From a virus (Duplodnaviria > Caudoviricetes), in the IMG/VR virus record IMGVR_UViG_3300031994_000035, positions 1-64,000 of that record: a DNA stretch of 64,000 bases; one strand, written 5' to 3'. Below are positions 10,302 to 21,125 of the stretch, piece by piece. Each line of letters opens with the position of its first letter. Position 1 is the stretch's first letter. Below the pieces are notes generated by a model that worked only from the letters and a program-made list of their open reading frames with translations, was not told where the DNA came from and searched no databases. Position numbers and translations under genes: made by a program.

Positions 10302-10868
10302 ATGATAGAATTTCTTAAATATCAACCATTCGGGTATGACAAGTCAATGGCCATTACAGCATTTGTATTTGGTGTGTTTTGGTTTATAGCTTATAATGCT
10401 TATGTATTATGGCATATTAACGGTATTGACAAAGACCATAAGGAAATTAAAATTTTACCAATCTCGATTAGTCAGTCATATTATATGATTGATGTCAGAT
10501 GGTTGTTCAAGGCTTTTATGTACAGTTCTATTTTTTCAATAATCTGTATAGGCCAGAATTATCTCTACATGATAGTCGGGATATTGTTTTTCATTATGGC
10601 CGTCAATCCAAGTGTTAACAGCGGTGACAGATATCTGATACCACACATGATTGGAGCGATTGGAGCAATCACCTTAGGCATATTGGGACTTGGAATTTGC
10701 TATAATATGTGGACGACTGTAATTATTACAGGTATAGGATGTGTATTATTATGGGTGTTGATAAAAATAATCAATAATGAGAAAATATCAGATTCATTCG
10801 TATATTTTCTTGAATTATATACACTTACATCTTTAATGACCGGATTTTGTATTTCTTTAGTAAAATAA
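10302..10868 (+). CDS. multi-pass membrane protein
   Basis: About six hydrophobic segments; SISQSYY motif. Confidence 0.7.
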   Translation: MIEFLKYQPFGYDKSMAITAFVFGVFWFIAYNAYVLWHINGIDKDHKEIKILPISISQSYYMIDVRWLFKAFMYSSIFSIICIGQNYLYMIVGILFFIMAVNPSVNSGDRYLIPHMIGAIGAITLGILGLGICYNMWTTVIITGIGCVLLWVLIKIINNEKISDSFVYFLELYTLTSLMTGFCISLVK

Positions 10869-10871
10869 ATT

Positions 10872-11207
10872 ATGCTTGAAAAATTATTTCTTGGAAGATT
10901 ACTGAAACAAATGGATAATGACTATGAAAGATGTCGTCTTACATTTTACACTTGTCAGTATACATTTTCAAATTTTGATGAAACTGTAAAAATTGATCCT
11001 TTCATTCAACAAAAAAGACTAAAGATAGCTGTAAAAATGGCTGACAACTTTTATAAGAAATGGTTTGGCAAGCTTTACAATTACAGTATATTTTTCGATA
11101 TTGTTGATAAAAAACGTAATGATTACCGCAAGTCACTACGGAGGTTGGAATCAAATTTTTCATTGGATATTAAACGTAGATTAAAATATGAACCTATTAA
11201 TTTATGA
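10872..11207 (+). CDS. hypothetical protein
   Basis: Packed ORF. Confidence 0.6.
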   Translation: MLEKLFLGRLLKQMDNDYERCRLTFYTCQYTFSNFDETVKIDPFIQQKRLKIAVKMADNFYKKWFGKLYNYSIFFDIVDKKRNDYRKSLRRLESNFSLDIKRRLKYEPINL

Positions 11208-11470
11208 TTATGAAAAAACGAATTGTAAAAAAGACCTGTAACTATGTACATACAGTTGATGAACATGGAAATCCTGAAATACGTACAGTTACTAAATTCT
11301 TTGTAGAAGAATATGATGAATATTCTAAAGATTGGCAAATAATGACGTATTTTAATGATGCCGACGATGATTGTATAAGACCTGCAATTTTCGAAGAACA
11401 AAAAGTTGCTGAAGCATTTTTAAAAGGTGAATTTGGTATTTTAAAGGAAGAAATTATATATACAGAATAA
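11204..11470 (+). CDS. hypothetical protein
   Basis: Packed ORF. Confidence 0.6.
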   Translation: MIMKKRIVKKTCNYVHTVDEHGNPEIRTVTKFFVEEYDEYSKDWQIMTYFNDADDDCIRPAIFEEQKVAEAFLKGEFGILKEEIIYTE

Positions 11471-11472
11471 TT

Positions 11473-11997
11473 ATGTGCAAGGTATTTTTTACAAGCGATT
11501 TACATTTTGGACATGAGCTATTGTGTCAAGCACTTCGTAATATGTCAGCAAAAGAATCTGATGAGCTGATTATTGACAACTGGAATAGTATTGTAACAAA
11601 AAGAGACACTGTATATATTCTTGGTGACATAACTATGGAAAAACATGCAAATATTTCTATGCTTGACAAACTTGTAGGCAATAAAGTCATTGTCGGAGGA
11701 AATCATGATGTTAGAAAATGTTGTGTTGCTTTACAGGATATGAATATTCCAGTAATGGGTACGTTGTCATATAAAGGATTTTTATGTACCCATATTCCAA
11801 TTCATCCTTTATTCTTGAAGGAATGTCGAGGTAATATTCACGGCCATATTCATCTTCCTGATTCAGAATCTAATTATAATATGCTTTTACCTGAAGGATC
11901 TGAAAGATACTATAATGTAAATTGTGAATTCCATAATTACAAACCTGTTTATTTTGAAGAAATTGTAAGTTATTTCGAAAACCTTAATAAAAAATAA
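11473..11997 (+). CDS. calcineurin-like metallophosphoesterase
   Basis: SDLHFGH, LGD, GNHD, THIP and HGHIH motifs. Confidence 0.92.
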   Translation: MCKVFFTSDLHFGHELLCQALRNMSAKESDELIIDNWNSIVTKRDTVYILGDITMEKHANISMLDKLVGNKVIVGGNHDVRKCCVALQDMNIPVMGTLSYKGFLCTHIPIHPLFLKECRGNIHGHIHLPDSESNYNMLLPEGSERYYNVNCEFHNYKPVYFEEIVSYFENLNKK

Positions 11998-11998
11998 G

Positions 11999-12391
11999 AT
12001 GTATATCGCTGTTGACTTTGACGGAACATGTGTAGAACATGAATATCCTGAAATCGGAAAAGATATTGGAGCTGTTCCAGTTCTTAAAGAAATTATTGCA
12101 AACGGGCATAAGCTGATTCTTCATACTATGAGAAGCCATCCTGCTCCTAATAATTCAAGTTCTATAATTTATCGAGACACTTTACAAGAAGCAATTGACT
12201 GGTTTAAGAATAACGGAATAGAATTATTTGCAGCAAATGAAAATCCTACACAATACAGATGGACAAGAAGCAAAAAGATTTTTGCAAACCTTTATATTGA
12301 TGATGCAGCACTTGGAGCTCCACTTGTAAACGGACATATTGACTGGGTAAAAGTAAGAGAGATGCTTGTCGAACTTGGAGTAATAAAATAA
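11999..12391 (+). CDS. HAD-family phosphatase (BT0820-like)
   Basis: AVDFDGT, LHTMR and K..ANLYIDD motifs. Confidence 0.9.
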   Translation: MYIAVDFDGTCVEHEYPEIGKDIGAVPVLKEIIANGHKLILHTMRSHPAPNNSSSIIYRDTLQEAIDWFKNNGIELFAANENPTQYRWTRSKKIFANLYIDDAALGAPLVNGHIDWVKVREMLVELGVIK

Positions 12392-12441
12392 CAAAATATT
12401 TCACATTGTTGTTTTTTAATTAAAATTAAAATTAAGATTAA

Positions 12442-12678
12442 ATGTATCAGCTTTCATCAGATCAAAAGGCTTTTTATTATTCAAACGATAAAAAGATTCA
12501 AATTGATATAGCAATAGCAAATAAGCTGTTGCTAAAATATCCTTATTTGAATGTCGAACCTATAAAATTTTCTTTTGGAAGAAAAGATCCTGAAGAAGTA
12601 TGTATTGTACGTCAGAATGGAGGTTACGTATCCTATTCCATAGATAAAGAAGTTTCAGAAATCATCAATAATAATTAG
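12442..12678 (+). CDS. hypothetical protein
   Basis: 78-aa ORF. Confidence 0.55.
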   Translation: MYQLSSDQKAFYYSNDKKIQIDIAIANKLLLKYPYLNVEPIKFSFGRKDPEEVCIVRQNGGYVSYSIDKEVSEIINNN

Positions 12679-12679
12679 T

Positions 12680-13507
12680 ATGGTTGGATCTGTAGAAATA
12701 GTAGATAATACAAAATCTCCAATAGGATACCTTATGGAAATTCCAAATTTTGCAAATGGAATGAAGTATGAGTTCAAACCTGGAGTCAATATTATTATTG
12801 GTGAAAATGGATGTGGTAAGACAACTTTATTAAGCCTTATAAGAAGTTATCTTATGGTTGATATTCGTACAGTAGGTACAGGAATGTTTAACAACGCTTT
12901 ACATAAAGCTCATCATAATTTTGGAGATAATAGTGATAATGAAGCATTTAGTGAATCATTCAGTGACGGAGTTATTGTGAAATCTGACTATTATAGGCAA
13001 ACATTCAACTATATACGTGATAATGAAATATCAAGCAATGACATAAATGAAAATTCGCATATATCTGTCGGAGAATGCCTTAACTCAAGATTTTTGTCAA
13101 GCGGACAAAGTAATTCATCATCACTTGGAGAACTTTTTAACATGGCATTTTCATTAAAACCTGAGCAGCTTGTTGTAAATTATGAAAAAATTTTTAAGAA
13201 ATATAATTACAACAATAGAATAAAATACATTAAAGAAAATAAGATTAAAGGAGATGAATTTACATTTTTAATTGATGAACCTGATTCATCTCTCGATATT
13301 GAAAATATAAAAATGCTTTATGACATATTCAGCTTTCACAAGGAACAAACACAAATAATCGCTGTGTTACATAATCCGTTGCTTATAGCATCCTTATCAC
13401 AGGTTGAATGTGTCAATGTTATTGAAATGACAGATGGTTATCTAAATAAAATTAAAAAATCAATTAATTCATTATTAAAATTACCAAAAGCATATAAGCT
13501 TAATTAA
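12680..13507 (+). CDS. ABC-type ATPase
   Basis: Walker A GENGCGKT, signature SSGQ, Walker B FLIDEPD, H-loop VLHN. Confidence 0.88.
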   Translation: MVGSVEIVDNTKSPIGYLMEIPNFANGMKYEFKPGVNIIIGENGCGKTTLLSLIRSYLMVDIRTVGTGMFNNALHKAHHNFGDNSDNEAFSESFSDGVIVKSDYYRQTFNYIRDNEISSNDINENSHISVGECLNSRFLSSGQSNSSSLGELFNMAFSLKPEQLVVNYEKIFKKYNYNNRIKYIKENKIKGDEFTFLIDEPDSSLDIENIKMLYDIFSFHKEQTQIIAVLHNPLLIASLSQVECVNVIEMTDGYLNKIKKSINSLLKLPKAYKLN

Positions 13508-13518
13508 AACTTAAAATT

Positions 13519-14499
13519 ATGAAAAACAAAAAATCAGAAAAATCACCAATGCTTTTATGGGCTGAAAGAGAATGTAAAATAGCTTGTAAAAGAGAAAATC
13601 CTGATCATAAATTCCTTGGCAGGCAGTTTGATTATGGTTGTGCCTGTTATGAAGCAGCTTATAAAGTTTATAAGTTAATGGATAAAATGGGTCATTCAGG
13701 TGCTTCTTGGTCCATAACAACAAATATTATAAATGACTTGCTTAAAGGCAGGCCTTTGTCTCCAATTACAGATAAAGACTTTGAAGAATTTAAACATATA
13801 GATAGCTTAAGTGACAGCATACAATGTTCCAGATATTCGTCATTGTTTAAAAGAACTGACGAAAATGGAAACGTTTCATACAAGGATATTGACAGGGTAT
13901 ATTATATAGATATTGAAGAACCAAGTAATACTTGGAGCGGAAGCACTAAAGTAGTTGATGAACTGTTTCCTATAGCTTTACCATACATGCCTCCAAAAAC
14001 TCCATATAAGATTTATGTAAAAAAATTTTTATGCGATAAGAAAAATGGTGACTGGGACACAACAGGAATTTACTATATAATTACTCCTGAAGGTGAAAGA
14101 GTAGATGTCAATAAATTTATGACTGTAAAAGACAGCAAAGATGTTGAAATTACAAAAGAAGAATTTGAAAGCCTTTTAGAGACAAAAAGAATAGACAAAC
14201 TTCATAATAAAATTTCAGAACACTTGATTTGGACTTTATTATATAATTCTTCAAATGATGAAGAATCTGCAAGACGTTTGGAAAAATGGAATAATTTGCC
14301 TAACGAAACAAAAAAGGACTTTACTGACAAACTTAACAAACTATGTATGTTTTTTGAAGAAGAAGAAAATTTCAAATATAACACTTTCTCTATGCATCAA
14401 GCTTTATGTACAGGAAAATATGAAAGCTATAAAATGTGTCGAGAACTTGTTGAAATTGCTGACTTATTAAAAAACATTTTACATACTATATCATGGTAA
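13519..14499 (+). CDS. conserved phage hypothetical protein
   Basis: 326 aa; GHSGAS...PLSPIT...QCSRYSSLFK motif. Confidence 0.65.
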   Translation: MKNKKSEKSPMLLWAERECKIACKRENPDHKFLGRQFDYGCACYEAAYKVYKLMDKMGHSGASWSITTNIINDLLKGRPLSPITDKDFEEFKHIDSLSDSIQCSRYSSLFKRTDENGNVSYKDIDRVYYIDIEEPSNTWSGSTKVVDELFPIALPYMPPKTPYKIYVKKFLCDKKNGDWDTTGIYYIITPEGERVDVNKFMTVKDSKDVEITKEEFESLLETKRIDKLHNKISEHLIWTLLYNSSNDEESARRLEKWNNLPNETKKDFTDKLNKLCMFFEEEENFKYNTFSMHQALCTGKYESYKMCRELVEIADLLKNILHTISW

Positions 14500-14820
14500 G
14501 TTGTGGAATAGTATTAAAAAATTCAGAAGGAAAATATCTTTTCGTTCAAGCGACTGGGAATAACCGAGACCGATGTTTCGGTGTTCCAAAAGGGCTTGTA
14601 AATGAGGATGAAGATTTTGAAACTTGTGCAAGACGTGAGTTTTTTGAAGAAACAAATAATAAAATAGAAGGACCTATTACGCTTATATATGACGAAGATC
14701 CTTCAAATGAACATATTCTTTCAAAAACTAAAAAGTATAATTACAAAATAACATAAATATATAAAAATATGAAAAAATATTTAAAATTATAAATATATAA
14801 TAAAAAACAACAAATACTCT

Positions 14821-15375
14821 ATGAAATTATCAACTTATGCTAAAAAACTTGGAGTTTGTTATAGAACTGCGTGGAATTGGTTTAATGAAGGTAAAATTGA
14901 TGGCGCATATCAATTACCGTCTGGTACAGTTATAGTACCTGATAGTGTTAAGAATGAATATGGAGTGATATTGTATGCAAGAACGAGTTCATCACAAAAT
15001 AAAGATTTACTTGAGAATCAAGCAAAGAGACTTGAATCTTATGCAATAGCAAAGGGCTATAAAATAAAAAAGATAGTAAAGGAATTCGGTTCGGGATTAA
15101 ATGATGAAAGAAAACAATTAACAAAAATTTTGCAAGAGAATCAATATGACAAAATTATAGTTGAACATAAAGATAGATTGACAAGATTTGGATTTAATTG
15201 GATACAGCTTCTTACAGGAAACAGAATTGAAGTTATAAATGAAGCAAAAGAAAAAGATGAAGATATCACAAGAGATTTAATATCCATAATTCATTGTTTC
15301 TCCGCAAGAATTTATGGTTTGCGTAGAAGCCAAAGAATTAAAACAAAAGTAGAAGAGGTATTAAAAGAGGAATAG
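14821..15375 (+). CDS. tnpA: IS607 serine transposase
   Basis: N-terminal HTH, YARTSS catalytic motif, GSGLN, DRLTRFG. Confidence 0.93.
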   Translation: MKLSTYAKKLGVCYRTAWNWFNEGKIDGAYQLPSGTVIVPDSVKNEYGVILYARTSSSQNKDLLENQAKRLESYAIAKGYKIKKIVKEFGSGLNDERKQLTKILQENQYDKIIVEHKDRLTRFGFNWIQLLTGNRIEVINEAKEKDEDITRDLISIIHCFSARIYGLRRSQRIKTKVEEVLKEE

Positions 15376-15377
15376 TT

Positions 15378-16610
15378 ATGTTAAAAGGAATCCAAATACG
15401 ATTATACCCAAATGATGAGCAAATGCATTATATTGCTTGTCTTCTTGGATGCTGCCGTAAAACGTACAACATGTGTTTGAATTATAAAAAGACTTCTTAT
15501 GAAAAAGATAAAACAAATATTTCATGGATTGATTTAGGTAAATATCTAACTGAAAAGAAAAATGAATTTGCTTACATGAAAGATGTTCATAGTAAAGTAT
15601 TACAACAATCAATTATTGACCTTAATACCGCATTTAACAACTTTTTCAGAGGAATTTTGAAAGGACAAAACATAGGTTATCCTGAATTTAAATCAAAATC
15701 TAATCATAATGATTCATGTAGATTTCCAAAAGATGCTTTTATCGGAATTAACGGTAATAGAATTTCATTAATCAAACCATTATCAAATATTCATTTTAAA
15801 TGTTCAAGAAGGGACGAATCCTGGCTTAATCACAATCAGGATAAAATAAAATATGTTACTTTAAGAAGAAATAAAGCCAATCAAATATATTGTTCCATAC
15901 TTGTTGATTATCCAATTGAATTGGTTTCTAATAATATAAACGGTGAAGTAGGAATCGATTTAGGTTTAAAAGATTTTTGTATAACATCAGATACTGAAAA
16001 ATATAATTTAGATGATTGTTCTCATCTTGAAAAGAAGTTGAAGAAGCAACAAAGAAAATTCTCAAAAACAGCAAACGGAAGTAAACGTCACGAAAAACAG
16101 CGAATACGAGTTGCTAAAACTTATCAGAAAATATCAAACAAAAGAAAATATAATCATCAAGTAATATCTTCAAAACTTGTGAAAGAAAATTCAGTGATTT
16201 CAATAGAAGATTTAAATGTTTCAGGCATGCTTAAAAACCACAAGCTTGCAAAAAACATACAATCTAAAGGTTGGAGTCAATTTGTTAATATGCTTGAATA
16301 CAAATCAAATTGGTATGGTTCAAATCTTGTAAAAATAAGTAGATGGTTTCCGTCAAGCAAGACCTGCTCTTCTTGCGGTTGGATTTATAAAGATTTAAAT
16401 TTATCTATACGAGAATGGACATGCCCTTGTTGTGGAACACATCATGACAGAGACATCAATGCAGCAATTAACATTTTATCTGAAGGAAAAAGAATAATAG
16501 GCTTGAGTTCAGCCGAATTTACGCACGGGGAGTACCCAACTATGGATGACCGTCACATTGACCTAAAAAGTAGTGGTACGTTGAATCGTGAACAGAATGT
16601 AAAACCATAA
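15378..16610 (+). CDS. tnpB: TnpB RNA-guided endonuclease
   Basis: IRLYP HTH; RuvC motifs GIDLG / IEDL / DRDINAA; Zn finger CSSC..CPCC. Confidence 0.94.
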   Translation: MLKGIQIRLYPNDEQMHYIACLLGCCRKTYNMCLNYKKTSYEKDKTNISWIDLGKYLTEKKNEFAYMKDVHSKVLQQSIIDLNTAFNNFFRGILKGQNIGYPEFKSKSNHNDSCRFPKDAFIGINGNRISLIKPLSNIHFKCSRRDESWLNHNQDKIKYVTLRRNKANQIYCSILVDYPIELVSNNINGEVGIDLGLKDFCITSDTEKYNLDDCSHLEKKLKKQQRKFSKTANGSKRHEKQRIRVAKTYQKISNKRKYNHQVISSKLVKENSVISIEDLNVSGMLKNHKLAKNIQSKGWSQFVNMLEYKSNWYGSNLVKISRWFPSSKTCSSCGWIYKDLNLSIREWTCPCCGTHHDRDINAAINILSEGKRIIGLSSAEFTHGEYPTMDDRHIDLKSSGTLNREQNVKP

Positions 16611-16877
16611 AAATTATATAATTTTCTATGATTTACAGAACTATCTTAAAATTTTTCTTGCAGAAGGTGAATTTGATTTTAGTATTTTCAAGTCAAATAC
16701 TTGTATCGTAAACATAAACGGTAAGGATGTTGAAATACCGGAAGTCTGTAATCCAACTTTCTTTACATTGGAAGAGATTGAAAATAAGTGTTTCTTTTCT
16801 CAGATTAAATTAATTGAAACTCTTAAAAACTTGGAAACTAAGTCATTAAAAAAATAATTTGAAATTTTTTCAAATTT

Positions 16878-16911
16878 TTGATCCTACTTTCAAAAATCTG
16901 TATTATATTTA
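16878..16911 (+). promoter_or_regulatory. conserved strong (early-type) promoter
   Basis: TTGATC-N17-TATTAT overlapping TATATTTA; part of a block repeated six times. Confidence 0.75.
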
Positions 16912-16943
16912 CCTCAACAAATTAACATTAAAATTAAACAGAT

Positions 16944-17123
16944 ATGGAGAAAGATATTGAATCAATAATTGGCTGGTTTGAACAGATAGCACAAATCGCC
17001 AGAGACAGAAAAACTAATGATGGTACTGTAATGAGTAGAAAACAGGCACTTGATGCTATTGAGTCAATTGCACTGGATGCCTCATATTTTGTGAAGAAAT
17101 ATGTAAACAAGGTTGAGATGTAG
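16944..17123 (+). CDS. small hypothetical protein (59 aa)
   Basis: MEKDIESIIGWFEQ...KVEM directly after the promoter; too short for the ORF track. Confidence 0.65.
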   Translation: MEKDIESIIGWFEQIAQIARDRKTNDGTVMSRKQALDAIESIALDASYFVKKYVNKVEM

Positions 17124-17188
17124 ACTTGTGCTAGAATCAAGAATAGTGCTTTATTCATTATTATTCAATTATATTAAAATTAAAGATT

Positions 17189-17464
17189 ATGGAAACACAT
17201 CGAATGTTTTGGTTCTTTACAGGTAAGGATAACAAAAAACTCACTGAAATTGAAACAATCTCCGTTAAAAACGAGTATCTAAACGGATTGATACAACCTG
17301 TTTGTGAAATGACACTTAAAGATGGTACTAAAATTTGTGCTGAACTTTATTCAGTACAAAAGATAATCGTCAAAGAGTATGGATATGATGATAAAATCAT
17401 TCTTACCTTTGAGTCATACACACCAAACTTTGACGAACTGAAACAAGAACTACGATTGGTCTAA
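17189..17464 (+). CDS. hypothetical protein
   Basis: 91-aa ORF. Confidence 0.6.
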   Translation: METHRMFWFFTGKDNKKLTEIETISVKNEYLNGLIQPVCEMTLKDGTKICAELYSVQKIIVKEYGYDDKIILTFESYTPNFDELKQELRLV

Positions 17465-17486
17465 CAACTTAAAACAAATTAAGATT

Positions 17487-17816
17487 ATGGAAACAGTAAG
17501 CAGTAAGGTTATACAGGATGGTATGTGTGAATATAGGCTTGCATCTGTATTATGGGAAGTCGGACTTGACGAAAGGCATTTTTATAAAAGTGATAAAGAA
17601 GCTTGGGAAGACCTTAGGAAATCCCTACCTGGTAAGTATGCAACATTGTATAAAAAGACACACATGAAAATGAAAATAAACAGTCCAAAGACACTAATAC
17701 CAATATATAATAAAAAGTATTCTGAAAAACTTAAAGAAAACGCAACATTTGTTGATACAGAGGTATGGGTTCCCGTTTTGTTTGGAATAACAGATGATGA
17801 ATATTCATTAGTATAA
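17487..17816 (+). CDS. hypothetical protein
   Basis: 109-aa ORF. Confidence 0.6.
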   Translation: METVSSKVIQDGMCEYRLASVLWEVGLDERHFYKSDKEAWEDLRKSLPGKYATLYKKTHMKMKINSPKTLIPIYNKKYSEKLKENATFVDTEVWVPVLFGITDDEYSLV

Positions 17817-17828
17817 AATCATGTAATT

Positions 17829-18143
17829 ATGAAAAACTATGCAATAGTTATCAAGTTTAATTCCTTTGAAGAAGGTTCATATTCTGAATTTTATAAAAAA
17901 TTAGAAGAACTTAAAGCCCACAGTTCATTTACTAATTCCTTTGTAGATTTGTCAGGGCTATACTTTGTACATACTGACAAATCTGCAAAGGAAATCAGGA
18001 ATATGTTGTATCCTGTATTGAATAATACTACATTATCACAAGATTTATTATTCATTTTTGAAATCGGTGATGATTTTAGTGGATATACATATTATTCAGA
18101 TATTGCATGGTTGAAAGAACATAAACAAAAATTAGAATTATGA
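17829..18143 (+). CDS. small ferredoxin-fold protein (Cas2-like, tentative)
   Basis: YAIVI...YFVHTDKSAKEIRNML..DLLFIFEI pattern. Confidence 0.45.
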   Translation: MKNYAIVIKFNSFEEGSYSEFYKKLEELKAHSSFTNSFVDLSGLYFVHTDKSAKEIRNMLYPVLNNTTLSQDLLFIFEIGDDFSGYTYYSDIAWLKEHKQKLEL

Positions 18144-19003
18144 AATCAAGAAAAGAAATACAAGAATGGCTTCTTAAAGAAGTTGATGACATTATTGAGA
18201 AAAAAGATGAAAATTCTATAATGTTTCAAGCTCCTGCATTAGGTAAATGTCAATGGACGCTAAAAGAATATAGGCACGCTGTAGAAACTGATACGTGTCT
18301 TGAAAATACATCTATAAATCCAATTGATGATGTAATCAGCTACGTCAAATATTGTAAAGAACGTTATAATGTAGATCCAACAGAACACAATTCAGAAGGA
18401 TTGATGTCAGACATAGAATATACCCGTATAGTTACTAACAAAGAAAAATTTGTCATTGCTCAAACTATACGATTAAAAGACATTATTGATTATCTCGATG
18501 GTGCTCTTATATCCTGTAAATTAACAGAACAAAACCTCGACCATATTGACAATCGATACTGTTCTAAAGAAATTAGTTACAGAATATTTAAAAAAGACGA
18601 TTATTCAAAAGTATGTTTCTCAAATAAATGGTACATCGACCCAGAAAAACCATTTTGTGAAGAATTGAAAAAAGTAACTGAATATACGTTATCTAAAAAT
18701 GCCATCAGGAAATGCAATACAAAGGATGACATAATTAAAATGTACATAAAGAAGTTTTCCGGCTATTTGCATTTCAAGATTGGAATTCCTTATACATATA
18801 TCAACATTCAAAAAATATTATGTGAAGAGGTGAACAGTTCTAAATTATATTCTTCTGACAAAAGCCGTGTCTTACAAGAAGTTTATAAAGAAATATGTGA
18901 TGTCACATCTCAAATAAATTCTCTTTATAATAAATTGAAAATTCTAAAAAGACGAGAACAAAAACTAGAATTTCATCAAAAGATTCATGACATATTGAAG
19001 TAA
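18140..19003 (+). CDS. hypothetical protein
   Basis: 287-aa ORF. Confidence 0.65.
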   Translation: MKSRKEIQEWLLKEVDDIIEKKDENSIMFQAPALGKCQWTLKEYRHAVETDTCLENTSINPIDDVISYVKYCKERYNVDPTEHNSEGLMSDIEYTRIVTNKEKFVIAQTIRLKDIIDYLDGALISCKLTEQNLDHIDNRYCSKEISYRIFKKDDYSKVCFSNKWYIDPEKPFCEELKKVTEYTLSKNAIRKCNTKDDIIKMYIKKFSGYLHFKIGIPYTYINIQKILCEEVNSSKLYSSDKSRVLQEVYKEICDVTSQINSLYNKLKILKRREQKLEFHQKIHDILK

Positions 19004-19040
19004 ATATGTTGTTTATTATATTAACCTAAATATTATTGCT

Positions 19041-19460
19041 ATGTCTAAGATTATGCCATTTATGAAAAATCTCTATGGAGAAAATAATTATCATAATCAC
19101 TTTAAGTATAATAGTGAATATTGGTATGGTTTTCCTGATAATGACGAAATAGTACTATTAACAGGTAAAAGCTTACACAAACTTAAAATTACAAATATAC
19201 GTTCAGGCTGTATTTTTTATGTTCTGCCTGAATATCCTAGCATTCCTGAAAAGTTTGTATCAGCAAAAAGTCTGATGTGCGCATTTATGGTTCCATGCGT
19301 TCTTGATCCAATTAATGACACAAATATTCCAAGCTTGATAGAAAAATCAAAAAAAGATTGTCCGTTGCTTCCGATACCCAGATTTATTTTTGACGACAAG
19401 CTTACAACAATAGTAAATTGGGATAATGAAAAAGGTTGTCCTCTCAATGAAAATATCTAA
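19041..19460 (+). CDS. hypothetical protein
   Basis: ORF after the TTGTTTATTAT motif. Confidence 0.62.
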   Translation: MSKIMPFMKNLYGENNYHNHFKYNSEYWYGFPDNDEIVLLTGKSLHKLKITNIRSGCIFYVLPEYPSIPEKFVSAKSLMCAFMVPCVLDPINDTNIPSLIEKSKKDCPLLPIPRFIFDDKLTTIVNWDNEKGCPLNENI

Positions 19461-19472
19461 ATAATTACAGTT

Positions 19473-19832
19473 ATGACATACTTAATCAAATATAAAGACA
19501 AAACAATTTTTGACATTAACTTCTATATGGCACAAGGTTCTGTCGATTCAAAACTTGTAGGATGGAATTCAGAAATCTGTTCATCTCTAAGAATAACAGG
19601 ACTGATGGCATTTATCACTGACGAAATTCAAAAAACAAAAAACTTTGATGAATTTACTCATGATACTGCAATCATCAGCGACCTTAGACAGATTTTATAT
19701 GAAGAAAATCAGAATGGATTTATGGATGGTGAAGAAGCAAAAGAAAGACATTATCATAAGTTTAGGCCTGTTATCGAGAATAAAATAAAAGAGTACTGTA
19801 AAAAGTATAGTTTTCAATTATTTATTGACTGA
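19473..19832 (+). CDS. hypothetical protein
   Basis: 119-aa ORF. Confidence 0.6.
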   Translation: MTYLIKYKDKTIFDINFYMAQGSVDSKLVGWNSEICSSLRITGLMAFITDEIQKTKNFDEFTHDTAIISDLRQILYEENQNGFMDGEEAKERHYHKFRPVIENKIKEYCKKYSFQLFID

Positions 19833-19834
19833 CA

Positions 19835-20032
19835 ATGCATAAATTCAGAGTAAACCTTACAGATGTAAGAGGAGATAAAATAACTGTTGAGCTTGCTTCT
19901 GAATCAGAGCAGGATGCAAAAATTATTACTGCTCATTGCTGTAATGTTTCAGTAAAGAAGATAACAAGCATTGAATATATCGGTGAAACAAATGAAGCAT
20001 ATTTTAAAACTATAAGTACAGAATCTAATTAA
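19835..20032 (+). CDS. hypothetical protein
   Basis: Packed ORF. Confidence 0.55.
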   Translation: MHKFRVNLTDVRGDKITVELASESEQDAKIITAHCCNVSVKKITSIEYIGETNEAYFKTISTESN

Positions 20033-20128
20033 AATTAAATTTATGGAAAGATGTAATGAGTTTTCAAATAGTGATTTACGATCAATTAGCAAAAGACAAT
20101 ATAGACTTACAAATAAACTTATAAAATT

Positions 20129-20719
20129 ATGGGAACTAATAGAAAAATAGGTTATAGTACTTCTTTAGATATTACTGTATATTTTAGTTTACACTATAAA
20201 GATACAGGTGAAGAGTTCACAATTACAACGGAGGATTTTAATGGTGTTGAAGATAATAACGGAACTACTGTCATATTCTATCCTTGGGATAATGAAGGCC
20301 TGTATTTTCCTGAAGAAGAAGTACTTGAATCAGTTGAAGAAGTAAAAGCTCTTTATAAACAAGCATTGAATAAAAAAGAAAAACTTTATGATACACGAAT
20401 TGTAATTCAAAGAATTCCTGATTCCAAAATATGGGATTTCTGTTCAAAGACATCCCATGAATGGTGGCAAATGGCTATGAATATATGGAATACCTTATCA
20501 GACGAAGAACAGAAAAAATATAACCAATTTATAGGTTTCAATGACTTCAGCGACTATTTAATGAATATAATGGCTGGAGCACTTATGAGACTTCGTGATA
20601 CTGGAAAACTTGATTACGAAGAAGGTTCTTTGCTTTTAGAAAAAGAACATCATAAACCTTCTGATTTAAATATTGGAACTAGTAATAATGTATCAATGAT
20701 TGGAGATGAGCAGAAGTAG
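20129..20719 (+). CDS. hypothetical protein
   Basis: 196-aa ORF. Confidence 0.62.
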   Translation: MGTNRKIGYSTSLDITVYFSLHYKDTGEEFTITTEDFNGVEDNNGTTVIFYPWDNEGLYFPEEEVLESVEEVKALYKQALNKKEKLYDTRIVIQRIPDSKIWDFCSKTSHEWWQMAMNIWNTLSDEEQKKYNQFIGFNDFSDYLMNIMAGALMRLRDTGKLDYEEGSLLLEKEHHKPSDLNIGTSNNVSMIGDEQK

Positions 20720-20921
20720 AAAGAAAATAGCCGGTACAACTTGGTGCACTTGTAAATCCAGAAAGAAAGGTAAGCAAATGTGTCATAGAAAATTTAGAAG
20801 ATGTGGAAAATTCTTTAAGATGATCGAAGCAATGGATTCTTGGGATCTAGGAGGTGACGGCAAGCAGGTTGTTACTTGGGACAAGAAAAGTGAGTTATTT
20901 AAGAAATATACCAAAAAATAA
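20706..20921 (+). CDS. small basic phage protein (MSRSRKK type)
   Basis: MSRSRKK...WD.GGDGK pattern. Confidence 0.6.
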   Translation: MSRSRKKIAGTTWCTCKSRKKGKQMCHRKFRRCGKFFKMIEAMDSWDLGGDGKQVVTWDKKSELFKKYTKK

Positions 20922-20923
20922 TT

Positions 20924-21121
20924 ATGAAAAAATTGTTTCTTATATTAAAGAATCTATTTAAGAAAAAATCGTCTTTAAGAGAATTATGTATCGAAAAATA
21001 TGGTCAGGAATTTGGAAAAATATATGACAATATGTCATCAGGTATTCCTGTTGGAGATTTTTATCAAACAACAGTATATCTTGATATGATTACACAAGTT
21101 AAAAAAGAAAATAATTTTTAA
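20924..21121 (+). CDS. hypothetical protein
   Basis: Packed ORF. Confidence 0.55.
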   Translation: MKKLFLILKNLFKKKSSLRELCIEKYGQEFGKIYDNMSSGIPVGDFYQTTVYLDMITQVKKENNF

Positions 21122-21125
21122 AGTT

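Larger units (their letters stand above)
14736..16641 (+). mobile_element. IS607-family element
   Basis: tnpA serine recombinase plus tnpB. Ends are set by restoring the NUDIX frame (TAT at 14736 and 16642), so about 3 nt ambiguity. Confidence 0.88.
14493..16857 (+). pseudogene. NUDIX hydrolase interrupted by IS607
   Basis: 5' part has the Nudix box GLVNEDEDFETCARREFFEET. 3' part 16642-16857 (YLKIFLAEGEFD..SNT..IPEV) restores a 152-aa ORF once the IS is removed. Confidence 0.85.

Noticed and set aside
14736-14820. IStron (group I intron-IS chimera) that would splice out of the NUDIX mRNA
   Set aside because: Only 85 AT-rich nt lie between the left end and tnpA, too short for a group I core.
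17829-18143. CRISPR-Cas locus around a Cas2-like ORF
   Set aside because: No cas1, other cas genes or array in the window; only a fold resemblance.
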